Virus record (IMG/VR): IMGVR_UViG_3300045995_000154
Strand: one strand, 5' to 3'
Origin: an uncultured virus (IMG/VR IMGVR_UViG_3300045995_000154)
Lineage: Duplodnaviria; Heunggongvirae; Uroviricota; Caudoviricetes
Length of the DNA: 64,000 bases
In this document: piece by piece, positions 1 through 7,468 of the stretch
Layout: each line of letters begins with the position of its first letter
How positions within the stretch are numbered: the first letter of the stretch is position 1
Position numbers and translations under genes: made by a program
Notes under the pieces: generated by a model
Databases searched by the model: none
What the model saw: only the letters and a program-made list of their open reading frames with translations
What the model was told of the DNA's origin: nothing

Positions 1-11
1 TTTAAATTAAT

Positions 12-87
12 TGGTGGAGGTGACAGGACTCGAACCCGCTACCTACTGGTTGCAAACCAGTCGCTCTCCCAGCTGAGCTACACCCCC
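12..87 (-). tRNA. tRNA-Ala(UGC)
   Basis: Cloverleaf, G3-U70, encoded CCA. Confidence 0.95.
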
Positions 88-141
88 ACAGGTGTAAGTT
101 ACATTTTATTTATGCATTTGCTCATGCATAAAATTTTTATT

Positions 142-225
142 TGGTGCCCCGGGGGAGACTCGAACTCCCACGCCTCTCGGCACTGGTTTCTAAGACCAGC
201 GTGTCTACCATTCCACCACCAGGGC
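142..225 (-). tRNA. tRNA-Leu(UAG)
   Basis: Cloverleaf with long variable arm, CCA. Confidence 0.95.
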
Positions 226-248
226 TAAATTTCTTGTTTTTGTTTTTG

Positions 249-473
249 TTACTTGTGTATCTGCTGCATGTCTGTCGCGCCCCAAAAATCATCATCGGCT
301 ATCAACGGTGAAGGCTCTGTGGCATCAAACCTGTCTTTAAATAACTCGTCTCCGAACGCTTCTAGCAACTCTGCAGGAACGGTCTCGAAGTCCATTTCCT
401 CCATAGAGACAGAGTCAGCAAAATCTTGCTGCATGTCGTCTAATAGTTTTTGCTGTTTTTCGTTGTTTCGCAT
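249..473 (-). CDS. Acidic hypothetical protein (74 aa)
   Basis: ATG at 473 just after TATAAATA (479-486); the longer ORF-track version runs through tRNA genes. Confidence 0.6.
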   Translation of the reverse strand: MRNNEKQQKLLDDMQQDFADSVSMEEMDFETVPAELLEAFGDELFKDRFDATEPSPLIADDDFWGATDMQQIHK

Positions 474-492
474 AAAAGTATTTATATGTTGT

Positions 493-571
493 TGGCGCAC
501 CGTAGGGGATTCGAACCCCTGATCTCTACCGTGACAGGGTAGCGCATTAAGCCGGACTATGCTAACGGTGC
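493..571 (-). tRNA. tRNA-Asp(GUC)
   Basis: Cloverleaf, G73, CCA. Confidence 0.92.
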
Positions 572-651
572 AAAATTGGTGTGTATGCTCCCCGTCGGTG
601 AATTTCTTCGCTGACCCGGTGCCCTCGCCGTTACATACTCTTAGGCAAATT

Positions 652-735
652 TGGTGGAGAAGGATGGATTCGAACCATCGCGCGGTTAAGAACGGATTTA
701 CAGTCCGTCGGTATCGGCCACTCACCCACTTCTCC
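652..735 (-). tRNA. tRNA-Tyr(GUA)
   Basis: Cloverleaf, CCA. Confidence 0.92.
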
Positions 736-876
736 ATAACTGAATTTGTTTATCGTTTATAGTATCCAAGCTGTAAACTGATGCATTACTGCACTGCCAC
801 ACGCAACGGTTCGAAGGACTGTGTCTTGGTCGACTAACCCTTCCGGCGGTATCCGTGTGCTCACATAAACAAAACT

Positions 877-1012
877 TGGTGTAGTAATTGGGATTCGAAC
901 CCAACTGGTTTGCCATTTTACGACATAGTAATTACTCCATATCGCTGTATGCCCCTTGGGTGATCAATTCCTACTCACACACAGGCACAAACTTGTCGAC
1001 CAAACTTACCAC
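877..1012 (-). ncRNA. tmRNA-like mini RNA (tRNA-like domain, G3-U70)
   Basis: GUGGUAA/UUACUAC-ACCA acceptor, T-arm UUGGG-UUCGAAU-CCCAA, UGGUCGAC in place of a D arm, no anticodon arm. Confidence 0.55.
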
Positions 1013-1018
1013 AAAAAC

Positions 1019-1092
1019 TGGAGGCCAGGGATGGAATTGAACCACCCTAAACGGACTTGCGATCCGCTACATAAACGATCTGACACCTGGCC
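1019..1092 (-). tRNA. tRNA-Cys(GCA), atypical loop UC-GCA-AG
   Basis: Cloverleaf, U73, CCA. Confidence 0.8.
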
Positions 1093-1158
1093 ATAAAACT
1101 AAGTAACTGGACGGTCGCTCTCTGACGGTTTCGCTCGTCGGATACAGTTACTAAAACT

Positions 1159-1234
1159 TGGAACGCTCATGGAGAATCGAACTCCATTTGACGCGGGTTT
1201 GCAATCCGCCGCCTATCCAACTGGCTCTGAGCGC
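1159..1234 (-). tRNA. tRNA-Cys(GCA)
   Basis: Cloverleaf, U73, CCA. Confidence 0.9.
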
Positions 1235-1244
1235 ATAAAAACTT

Positions 1245-1272
1245 TGGTCGGAGTACAAAGATTCGAACCTTA
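1245..1272 (-). pseudogene. 3' fragment of a tRNA (T-arm + acceptor strand + CCA, Pro-like G72-A73)
   Basis: AAGGTTCGAATCTTTGTACTCCGACCA with no 5' half. Confidence 0.6.
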
Positions 1273-1283
1273 TACACATAAAT

Positions 1284-1362
1284 TGGTCTCGGCGGCAGGA
1301 TTCGAACCTGCGACATCCTGCTCCCAAAGCAGGCGGAGTGAACCGGGCTATCCTACGCCGAG
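1284..1362 (-). tRNA. tRNA-Pro(UGG)
   Basis: Cloverleaf, C1-G72, CCA. Confidence 0.92.
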
Positions 1363-1956
1363 TATTTCTGCAATACGCTGTTCTATACGCTCTTTTGAGT
1401 CGATGCGGTAAACAGTGTACCCTAAACTATTTAGTGCTGCATCGCGTTCTCGATCTTTATCGGAATCTTTATGCCATTGCGCACCATCTATCTCAATAAT
1501 AACATTACCTATAACAAAATCTGGAAAATACTTTCCTATTCGTTTCTGGTGTTCAAATTCGATACCTAACTTAGTTAAGTACTCATACGCAACCTTTTCA
1601 GGGTACGTCATTTTATTTCTATTTCCCGCAAGTCGCCTATTAGGATGTGTCTCGGGATGATCTATGTGTAATTGCTTCCTCCATTCGGATTTAGCTTTAC
1701 GCATATCATCAGTCCATATTGTGTTGGACGGCTTGCCCATCTTCACTGCTGACAATGCGGCTGCGTTATTTGCCACTCTACTATCAGTAGCTTTATTCAA
1801 ACCTTTGTTCCACGATGGAACACCTTTTGTATGAGAGACATAGTTTCTATCTGGATTGCTTGGGCACAGCCTTTCGTGATTACGTAGTGAGTTCAAATTT
1901 TTGCACTCTTTTCCGCAATACTTGCAATTCAAATTTATTACTTCGGTTATTCTCAT
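1348..1956 (-). CDS. Free-standing endonuclease, Zn finger + NUMOD-like + DUF559/Vsr-like domain
   Basis: CKYCGKEC..HERLC, SWNKGL, YFPDF..IIEIDGAQWH..DRERD..LGYTVYRI. Confidence 0.8.
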   Translation of the reverse strand: MRITEVINLNCKYCGKECKNLNSLRNHERLCPSNPDRNYVSHTKGVPSWNKGLNKATDSRVANNAAALSAVKMGKPSNTIWTDDMRKAKSEWRKQLHIDHPETHPNRRLAGNRNKMTYPEKVAYEYLTKLGIEFEHQKRIGKYFPDFVIGNVIIEIDGAQWHKDSDKDRERDAALNSLGYTVYRIDSKERIEQRIAEILGVG

Positions 1957-1970
1957 ATATTAAAATACAA

Positions 1971-2023
1971 CAGGATTCGCTTTGTTTTACATATGAAAGT
2001 ATAAAATTGCTGAAAGAATCCTA
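1971..2023 (-). ncRNA. CAGCAA-motif RNA (Y RNA-like family)
   Basis: AGGAUUC/GAAUCCU terminal helix followed by UUUCAGCAA. Confidence 0.6.
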
Positions 2024-2027
2024 AAAC

Positions 2028-2101
2028 TGGCGGGCCGACAAGAACTCGAATCTTGACTGACGGTTTTGGAGACCGTAGTGCTGCCATTACACTATCAACC
2101 C
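2028..2101 (-). tRNA. tRNA-Trp(CCA)
   Basis: Cloverleaf, CCA end. Confidence 0.9.
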
Positions 2102-2114
2102 ATATTACTATTTA

Positions 2115-2189
2115 TGGTGCATCGACTTGGAATTGAACCAAGACTCAACCGATTATGAGTCGGACGCTTTACCATTAAGCTATCGACGC
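2115..2189 (-). tRNA. tRNA-Met/Ile2(CAU)
   Basis: Cloverleaf, CCA. Confidence 0.88.
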
Positions 2190-2315
2190 ATAAACCATAT
2201 AGAAGTGCATTAGTTTCCTAGCTTTCGGTAGACATGCCTGTCCTTTCGGGTAGCCCCTGCGTCCAGTTGCTAGGTACCCCAACCGTAAATACACTTCTAT
2301 ATGGCCACTGCAAAG

Positions 2316-2389
2316 TGGTAGGACTGGAGAGAATCGAACTCTCATAGACCGGTTAAAAGCCGGATATTCTGCCATTGAATTACAATCCC
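2316..2389 (-). tRNA. tRNA-Lys(UUU)
   Basis: Cloverleaf, CCA. Confidence 0.9.
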
Positions 2390-2393
2390 ATAT

Positions 2394-2469
2394 TGGTCCA
2401 TCGCCTCGGAATCGAACCGAGTATCCTCCGGGTAAGAGCCGGTTGCTTCGCCACTAAAGCTTGCAATGG
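2394..2469 (-). tRNA. tRNA-Lys(CUU)
   Basis: Cloverleaf, CCA. Confidence 0.88.
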
Positions 2470-2839
2470 ATAGTACGTATTAAAATTATCTTTTACGTGC
2501 TATCCAGGACCATACATGGGATCTAGGATAACACTATATTTTCGCGGAGTCCCGTTTCATATAGTACCTTCTTTCATTAAAATTTAAACTAACACAAAAT
2601 TGGGGGCGTCTGTTAGTGGCGTCTAACATCTCTCTGGTTACTGACCGAGCGTATTTCATTATACTAAGCTACCCATAACTGGTGCAGAACCATACGGTTT
2701 TTATTCGGCCCAAGGTACGACGCTTGAGGCAAACTGCAAATTGGCGTCGGCGTTTGTGAGTAGTGCGGAGTCATTTCGCACGATAGCTACAAGGCTTTAC
2801 CCGAAGGCAGTCGCCGTCTTTTACTCTACCGACATAACT

Positions 2840-2910
2840 TGGTGCACCTAAGGAGAATCAAACTCCTCTACGTTCGGCTTCAAATCCGACTCGCAATATC
2901 AATCTAGCGC
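2840..2910 (-). tRNA. Degenerate tRNA, 8-nt anticodon loop AUUUGAAG
   Basis: T-arm and CCA present, D arm collapsed. Confidence 0.45.
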
Positions 2911-2915
2911 ATAAC

Positions 2916-2989
2916 TGGAGCGGGGTAGGAGAATCGAACTCCTCGCTTTAGCTTGGAAGGCTAAGGTATTACCACTATACGAACCCCGC
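2916..2989 (-). tRNA. tRNA-Gly(UCC)
   Basis: Cloverleaf, U73, CCA. Confidence 0.93.
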
Positions 2990-2996
2990 ATTTAAA

Positions 2997-3174
2997 TTGT
3001 TTTAAGGCTGACGTTTGTGCTTGCGTACAGGATTCGAACCTGCCCATCCGGGTTTAAAGCCCAGTATGCTATCCACTACATCAACGTAATCTCCTTACCA
3101 ACCATACTGCAATACTTATGGACAGGAGTCAAACTTCAGACTGCTTCAAATTGCAGTTATCAGCCTTAAAACAA
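2997..3174 (-). ncRNA. CUGCAA-motif RNA enclosing a tRNA-like domain with UUA anticodon
   Basis: 15-bp terminal helix UUGUUUUAAGGCUGA/UCAGCCUUAAAACAA; internal D, anticodon and T arms; no CCA. Confidence 0.65.
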
Positions 3175-3182
3175 CTAACTAA

Positions 3183-3352
3183 AATCATTACCAATAGCAC
3201 ACGGAATCGAACCGTAAAGTCTGTATTACTGACTGCGACCACGCCAAGCTCATGCATAAACCTTTATGCTATCTTGCTGTTACTGCCTGGGATTCCGAGC
3301 CCCAATGCGCCGAAGCCAGTCCCGTGAATGACTCAGTAACAACGGATAATGA
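3183..3352 (-). ncRNA. Structured RNA with T-arm
   Basis: UCAUUAUC/GGUAAUGA closing helix, ACGG-UUCGAUU-CCGU T-arm, internal ACAGCAA. Confidence 0.45.
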
Positions 3353-3359
3353 AAACTAA

Positions 3360-3717
3360 CAAATATGACCTGCCGCTACGTTTGGACTCTTACCACAGTT
3401 TTTCTCGAGGGTACAAGCCCCGACGCTGTTTATGGCCTTTTCAGGAACATCACTGCAAAGAGCACCGCGGAAGGATGATGCCCTACTGTTTACTTTTCGG
3501 TTAATTACTCCGACTAATTAGATGGGAATACGCGGCGCCTACTAGGAACTCAATGTTCCGTTCGACTTCTGTCCCCGGCAGCATCACCGCCGACACAATT
3601 TTTCATACCCTACTGGACCGACTTTGCTCATCGTTTGTCAATCGCGTCTGCTTGAACTACCAATGCACATTTGATTGAAGACCGCGGCGAACCCACGGCT
3701 CGGCACCCATCTACTAT
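3360..3717 (-). ncRNA. Large structured RNA, GOLLD/ROOL-type candidate
   Basis: ORF-free GC-richer block in a tRNA array with long-range helix UAGAUGGG/CCCAUCUA. Confidence 0.4.
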
Positions 3718-3739
3718 TGAAAAATGGTATCTTAGTATA

Positions 3740-4270
3740 CTATTTCTTTGCCCATCGTCGTTTTGCTGACTCGGACATTCTTTTTATTGTTTCCTCTGAT
3801 CTGGGCTTGCATTTGCGGCCCTTCATCGCTTCGGAAACTTTCCTCTTTTGTTCTTCAGATTTTGGTTTCTTAGCACCTCGACGCACTGCTTCACGCAGGG
3901 CCTCGGGGTAATTCTCCAACATTCTTTTCGACTGTTTTGCTTTATGCTCTTCTGATCTTGGTTTTTTAGGAATACCTAAATCATTTACATATCGCCAACC
4001 ACAGCCGCCGCCTAAAACTATGTTATACACATCAGTTCTTTGCAAGAACTCTGCGTTAACATAATGCCTTTCAGCTTCACGCATTGAGGCTTCGTCTTCG
4101 AAGTATTCCAAAATCGTTTTCGAAAAATTCTCTTTACCAGATTTTGCTATTGCTTGTCTGATTATTTTTCCACTGCCCATATAACCATCATTTAAGTTCT
4201 TGGTTTTATGGACGCCGACATAAATCATTCCGTTAGTAGTGTTCTTGATCTCGTACAAATAAAAATGCAT
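3740..4270 (-). CDS. GIY-YIG (Seg-like) homing endonuclease with NUMOD3 repeats
   Basis: YLYEIKN..NGMIYVGVH..YMGSG..YNI; repeated SEExKxKxSE; own TATAAATA promoter and AGGAGG RBS. Confidence 0.9.
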   Translation of the reverse strand: MHFYLYEIKNTTNGMIYVGVHKTKNLNDGYMGSGKIIRQAIAKSGKENFSKTILEYFEDEASMREAERHYVNAEFLQRTDVYNIVLGGGCGWRYVNDLGIPKKPRSEEHKAKQSKRMLENYPEALREAVRRGAKKPKSEEQKRKVSEAMKGRKCKPRSEETIKRMSESAKRRWAKK

Positions 4271-4304
4271 ATAGCCTCCTACTTTATTTATACAAAATGT
4301 GTCG

Positions 4305-4990
4305 CCATCTACTATCTTACTAACCTGTGTCTTAGTATTAGTCCCAGAGTATATTCACATGCACAGAGGACTGGGCTCCATGTGCTGCTACATGATTTGC
4401 AGGCCTGTTACAAAAGGTTCTCTAATGTCAGGTTCCTTTATCCGCTTATCCTAGTCCCGCTGGTGTCCGAAGGCCGTGCGCTAACCAAGATAAGTTTCAG
4501 CTAATCATATATAAACTCACTCGCATCTGCCTTTTTGAGCCGCGTGTTCTATCCCTTAGCTTCGGCCTAGGACCAATCAGGATGTGCACATGTACACTAG
4601 AGCTTATATATGATCACAATCACTAAAACGCTTGCCGGCGTAAACGACCCCGGGGCGCTGATCGACTGTAAATCATATTCAAACACATTATTTCCCCCGG
4701 GGCGTACCCCAGAGTTAAATCATCCCTGATACAAACTAATGTACTTGAATATGACCCCTTATGCTTCGCAGCATCTTCACGATGTAGCGGACTGTTAAAG
4801 CGTATTGCCACAAACTTGGGCTCAGCACTGTCATCAGCAAAGGGATATCATAACCATTAAATTTTTAAAGAACAAGTATTGTCTGTTAGGTAAGTTAGAT
4901 GGGAGATTTCCCTTACCCTGTTACTCTGTATCAGTCTACCCTAAAGTAGCATCAACCTGCGGCTCCCCGTGCACGAACAGACAAAAACTT
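4305..4990 (-). ncRNA. Series of helix-closed structured RNA modules
   Basis: Closing stems at about 4503/4615, 4672/4752 and 4880/4985; no credible ORF. Confidence 0.4.
4859..4874 (-). promoter_or_regulatory. rrn-type boxA antitermination element (weaker copy 4987-5001)
   Basis: TGTTCTTTAAAAATTT versus boxA consensus TGCTCTTTAACA. Confidence 0.55.
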
Positions 4991-5039
4991 TTTAACGAAC
5001 ATCTAGCAGCTAACTCGATCATTTACTGCTTAAGTACCT

Positions 5040-5250
5040 ATTGTACATTAAAGTTAATTTAGTGTCAAACACTTTGTTTCTATCCCTTAGCAAGCTTAGG
5101 ATTTCTTCACTTAGTGCTTTATCTAACTTAAGTCTTATTGTACATTAAAACCTATTAAGCGTCAACTTAGTTTGGCAATCTTTTTACTTACCGCCAACCA
5201 CCTCATCAACTTAAGTACCTATTGTACATTAAAACGTTTATTACGTCAAA
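5040..5250 (-). promoter_or_regulatory. Three tandem sigma70 promoters
   Basis: TTGACA/TTGACG-N17-TACAAT three times, each with TTTAATG before the -10. Confidence 0.8.
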
Positions 5251-5566
5251 TCCTGAAGCTTTCGCCACATCCACAACGATCTCGCTCGTTTGGGTTGTTG
5301 AAGCGGAATCCCTCATTCAATCCTTCACGTACATAGTCCACTTCCATGCCTTGTAAATAGGCACAGCTCTTAGGGTCAACGAACAGTTTGCAGTCCTTGC
5401 ATTCAATGCAAAGGTCTTCTGCTTGCGCTTCGTCTACGTACTCTAGCACGTATGCTAGTCCACTGCAACCTGTTGTCTTAACGCCAAGACGGATACCGGC
5501 ACCTTTACCACGCTTTGCGATAACTTGCTGTATCTTTCTAGCTGCTTTATCAGTCAGTGACAACAT
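5246..5566 (-). CDS. iscA: Iron-sulfur cluster assembly protein IscA
   Basis: GCSGLAY and CGCGESF motifs. Confidence 0.95.
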   Translation of the reverse strand: MLSLTDKAARKIQQVIAKRGKGAGIRLGVKTTGCSGLAYVLEYVDEAQAEDLCIECKDCKLFVDPKSCAYLQGMEVDYVREGLNEGFRFNNPNERDRCGCGESFRI

Positions 5567-5943
5567 GCTTTGCCTTGTAATCTGCAACCGCTGCCTTGAT
5601 AGCATCTTCTGCAAGAATAGAGCAATGGATCTTTACTGGTGGCAGAGCGAGTTCTTCTGCGATTGTACTGTTTTTCAGGGACGCGGCTTCGTCCAGTGTT
5701 TTTCCTTTGACCCATTCTGTCACTAATGATGACGATGCAATGGCTGATCCGCAACCGTAAGTCTTAAATCGTGCATCAGTGATGATGCCGTCTACCACTT
5801 TGATTTGTAGCTTCATTACATCGTCAACAACCGCAAGCTGGGGCACCAACCATCCCGGTCCCAACTTGCGCATCTCCTTTACCGAACGACCCTACGTTCC
5901 TCGGGTTTTCATAATGGTCAATCACAGCATTTGAATAAGCCAT
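5550..5943 (-). pseudogene. iscU: Fe-S scaffold IscU, frameshifted by a 7-nt insertion
   Basis: MAYSNAVIDHYENPRNVG..GAPACG in one frame; DVMKLQI..GCGSAIASSS..LPPVKIHCS in another. Confidence 0.85.
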
Positions 5944-6526
5944 AATAACCTCCTTTTAAAAATCTTATTACGTGCATAGGTTGATAGCTATCCCACTTAG
6001 CACGATTGTCTGCACCCTTGAGGAACTGAATATTTTTCTTGCTCCCCAATACTTCAGCCGGTAGTCCTAATTCATATCCCTGTTTGTAGGGGACGACATG
6101 GTCTACTTGCCAATCTGTTTTTCTTTTACCGCAAGTGGGGACATATTCTCCTGCTTGCTTCATTGCCTTAATCGTTCTATAAGTTGCCTTGCGTACCATT
6201 CCCTTATACACTGCTAACTCACTGTTAGCTGGTTTTTTAGGACGTCGATTATTAACTGCTCCGTCTCTATTGGGGTTATTGGTGAGCCACTTTTGACTCT
6301 GCTTTTCGTTTGGCAAACCCTTGTTCCATCCGTGCCCTTTTTTAAGGCCGTCATGGTTTTGTTTCTCTTTTTGCTCTGCTGTTAGCTTAACCCCTTTGTT
6401 CCAAGCTTTATTACCTGGACGATTAATAGGGTTTTTGCATGGCGCAGAGCAATAAAGCACATACCTGGGTTTAGTTTCAAACAGGTTGCCGCAAAACTTA
6501 CAAACAGACGATATTCCGTATTTCAT
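5918..6526 (-). CDS. HNH homing endonuclease with NUMOD-like repeats
   Basis: WNKG twice, QVDHVVP..NIQFL..DNRAK; start after TAAATA. Confidence 0.75.
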   Translation of the reverse strand: MKYGISSVCKFCGNLFETKPRYVLYCSAPCKNPINRPGNKAWNKGVKLTAEQKEKQNHDGLKKGHGWNKGLPNEKQSQKWLTNNPNRDGAVNNRRPKKPANSELAVYKGMVRKATYRTIKAMKQAGEYVPTCGKRKTDWQVDHVVPYKQGYELGLPAEVLGSKKNIQFLKGADNRAKWDSYQPMHVIRFLKGGYYGLFKCCD

Positions 6527-6819
6527 ACAGTATTTATGTTGGTGCGCCCGTTTGCGAGTTTTTCCTGGCTCTTGTGCATCAAAGCACCGTACTTCAATGT
6601 GAACATGAATGTGTCGTCTGTTGCTACAGTGAACACAGCCCATGCTTTGTTAACTTTTCCCCAGCGGTAGTCTCGTTCACGTTCGTAATTGAACGTGTAA
6701 AAATCCGCATCTAATTCTGTCTCCATTGCCCACATCAAGATATCGTCTACGAATTCTTGGCGGGCATACTTGTGCTCATCCCTGTGAAGGTGGACGGGCA
6801 TTTCGATTCTAACTTTCAT
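6523..6819 (-). CDS. Hypothetical protein
   Basis: ORF with AGGAG RBS. Confidence 0.6.
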   Translation of the reverse strand: MKVRIEMPVHLHRDEHKYARQEFVDDILMWAMETELDADFYTFNYERERDYRWGKVNKAWAVFTVATDDTFMFTLKYGALMHKSQEKLANGRTNINTV

Positions 6820-6889
6820 TTTCGCTCCTTTGTTTTTCAACAATGGGAAGCGGTGAAGTGTGGTAAATAAAACATTTTTGTTTCCTTAT

Positions 6890-7022
6890 TGGTGGAGCAT
6901 TCGGGAGTTGAACCCGTCTCTTGGAACCTTTTGTCACCCTTGCGGGTCTAGCTTGATGATAAATCTCTGCTTGGCTTCTATCAACGTTCAGGATAGATTT
7001 GAGCCGACCTACACTATGCCCC
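6890..7022 (-). ncRNA. tmRNA-like mini RNA (133 nt)
   Basis: GGGGCAU/AUGCUCC-ACCA with G3-U70; GACGGGUUCAACUCCCG T-arm; no D or anticodon arm. Confidence 0.65.
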
Positions 7023-7026
7023 GTAT

Positions 7027-7080
7027 TGGTGGTCGGCCCACAGAGTCATGACCTCTGAATGCGCCCGGGCAATGCCGACC
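7027..7080 (-). ncRNA. 54-nt T-armless tRNA-like RNA with CAU loop
   Basis: Perfect 7-bp acceptor + ACCA; CAGAG-GUCAUGA-CUCUG hairpin. Confidence 0.55.
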
Positions 7081-7086
7081 GTAAAA

Positions 7087-7173
7087 TGGCGGAGAATAAT
7101 GGAATCGAACCATCACCGCTTTCGCAGTGGGGACGCTTTCCAAGCGCCGTAACCCCCAGGGTACCTACTCTCC
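7087..7173 (-). tRNA. tRNA-Ser(GGA)
   Basis: Long variable arm, G73, CCA. Confidence 0.85.
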
Positions 7174-7277
7174 TAAATTTAATAAGCAGACTGAAATAAT
7201 ATGCTGGGTTCTTGCAACCCTTCTTCTGGCTTAGTGTTCCTCATATCATGCCCGTTTCAGTCAGGCTCTGCTTAACT

Positions 7278-7367
7278 TGGCGGGGCGTAATAGAATCGAA
7301 CTATCACCGGGTACTAGCCAGTGGGCGAGTTTTCAAGGCTCGTTAACTTCCAAAGTTCCTACACCCC
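7278..7367 (-). tRNA. tRNA-Ser(UGA)
   Basis: Long variable arm, G73, CCA. Confidence 0.88.
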
Positions 7368-7381
7368 ATATTCATATTTAT

Positions 7382-7468
7382 TGGCGGATCATAATAGAAT
7401 CGAACTATCACCGCTTTCGCAGTGGGTCGGTATTCGAAGCCGATTAACGCCCAGCGTACCTATGATCC
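7382..7468 (-). tRNA. tRNA-Ser(CGA)
   Basis: Long variable arm, G73, CCA. Confidence 0.88.

Noticed and set aside
1102..1153. Hammerhead-like CCGACGAG-CGAAAC..GUC within an 8-bp stem
   Set aside because: Core reads CCGACGA rather than CUGANGA, stem II is missing and 3 extra nt precede the core
3360..4990. Group I intron around the GIY-YIG gene
   Set aside because: No recognisable P7/R/S core or interrupted host gene found by eye
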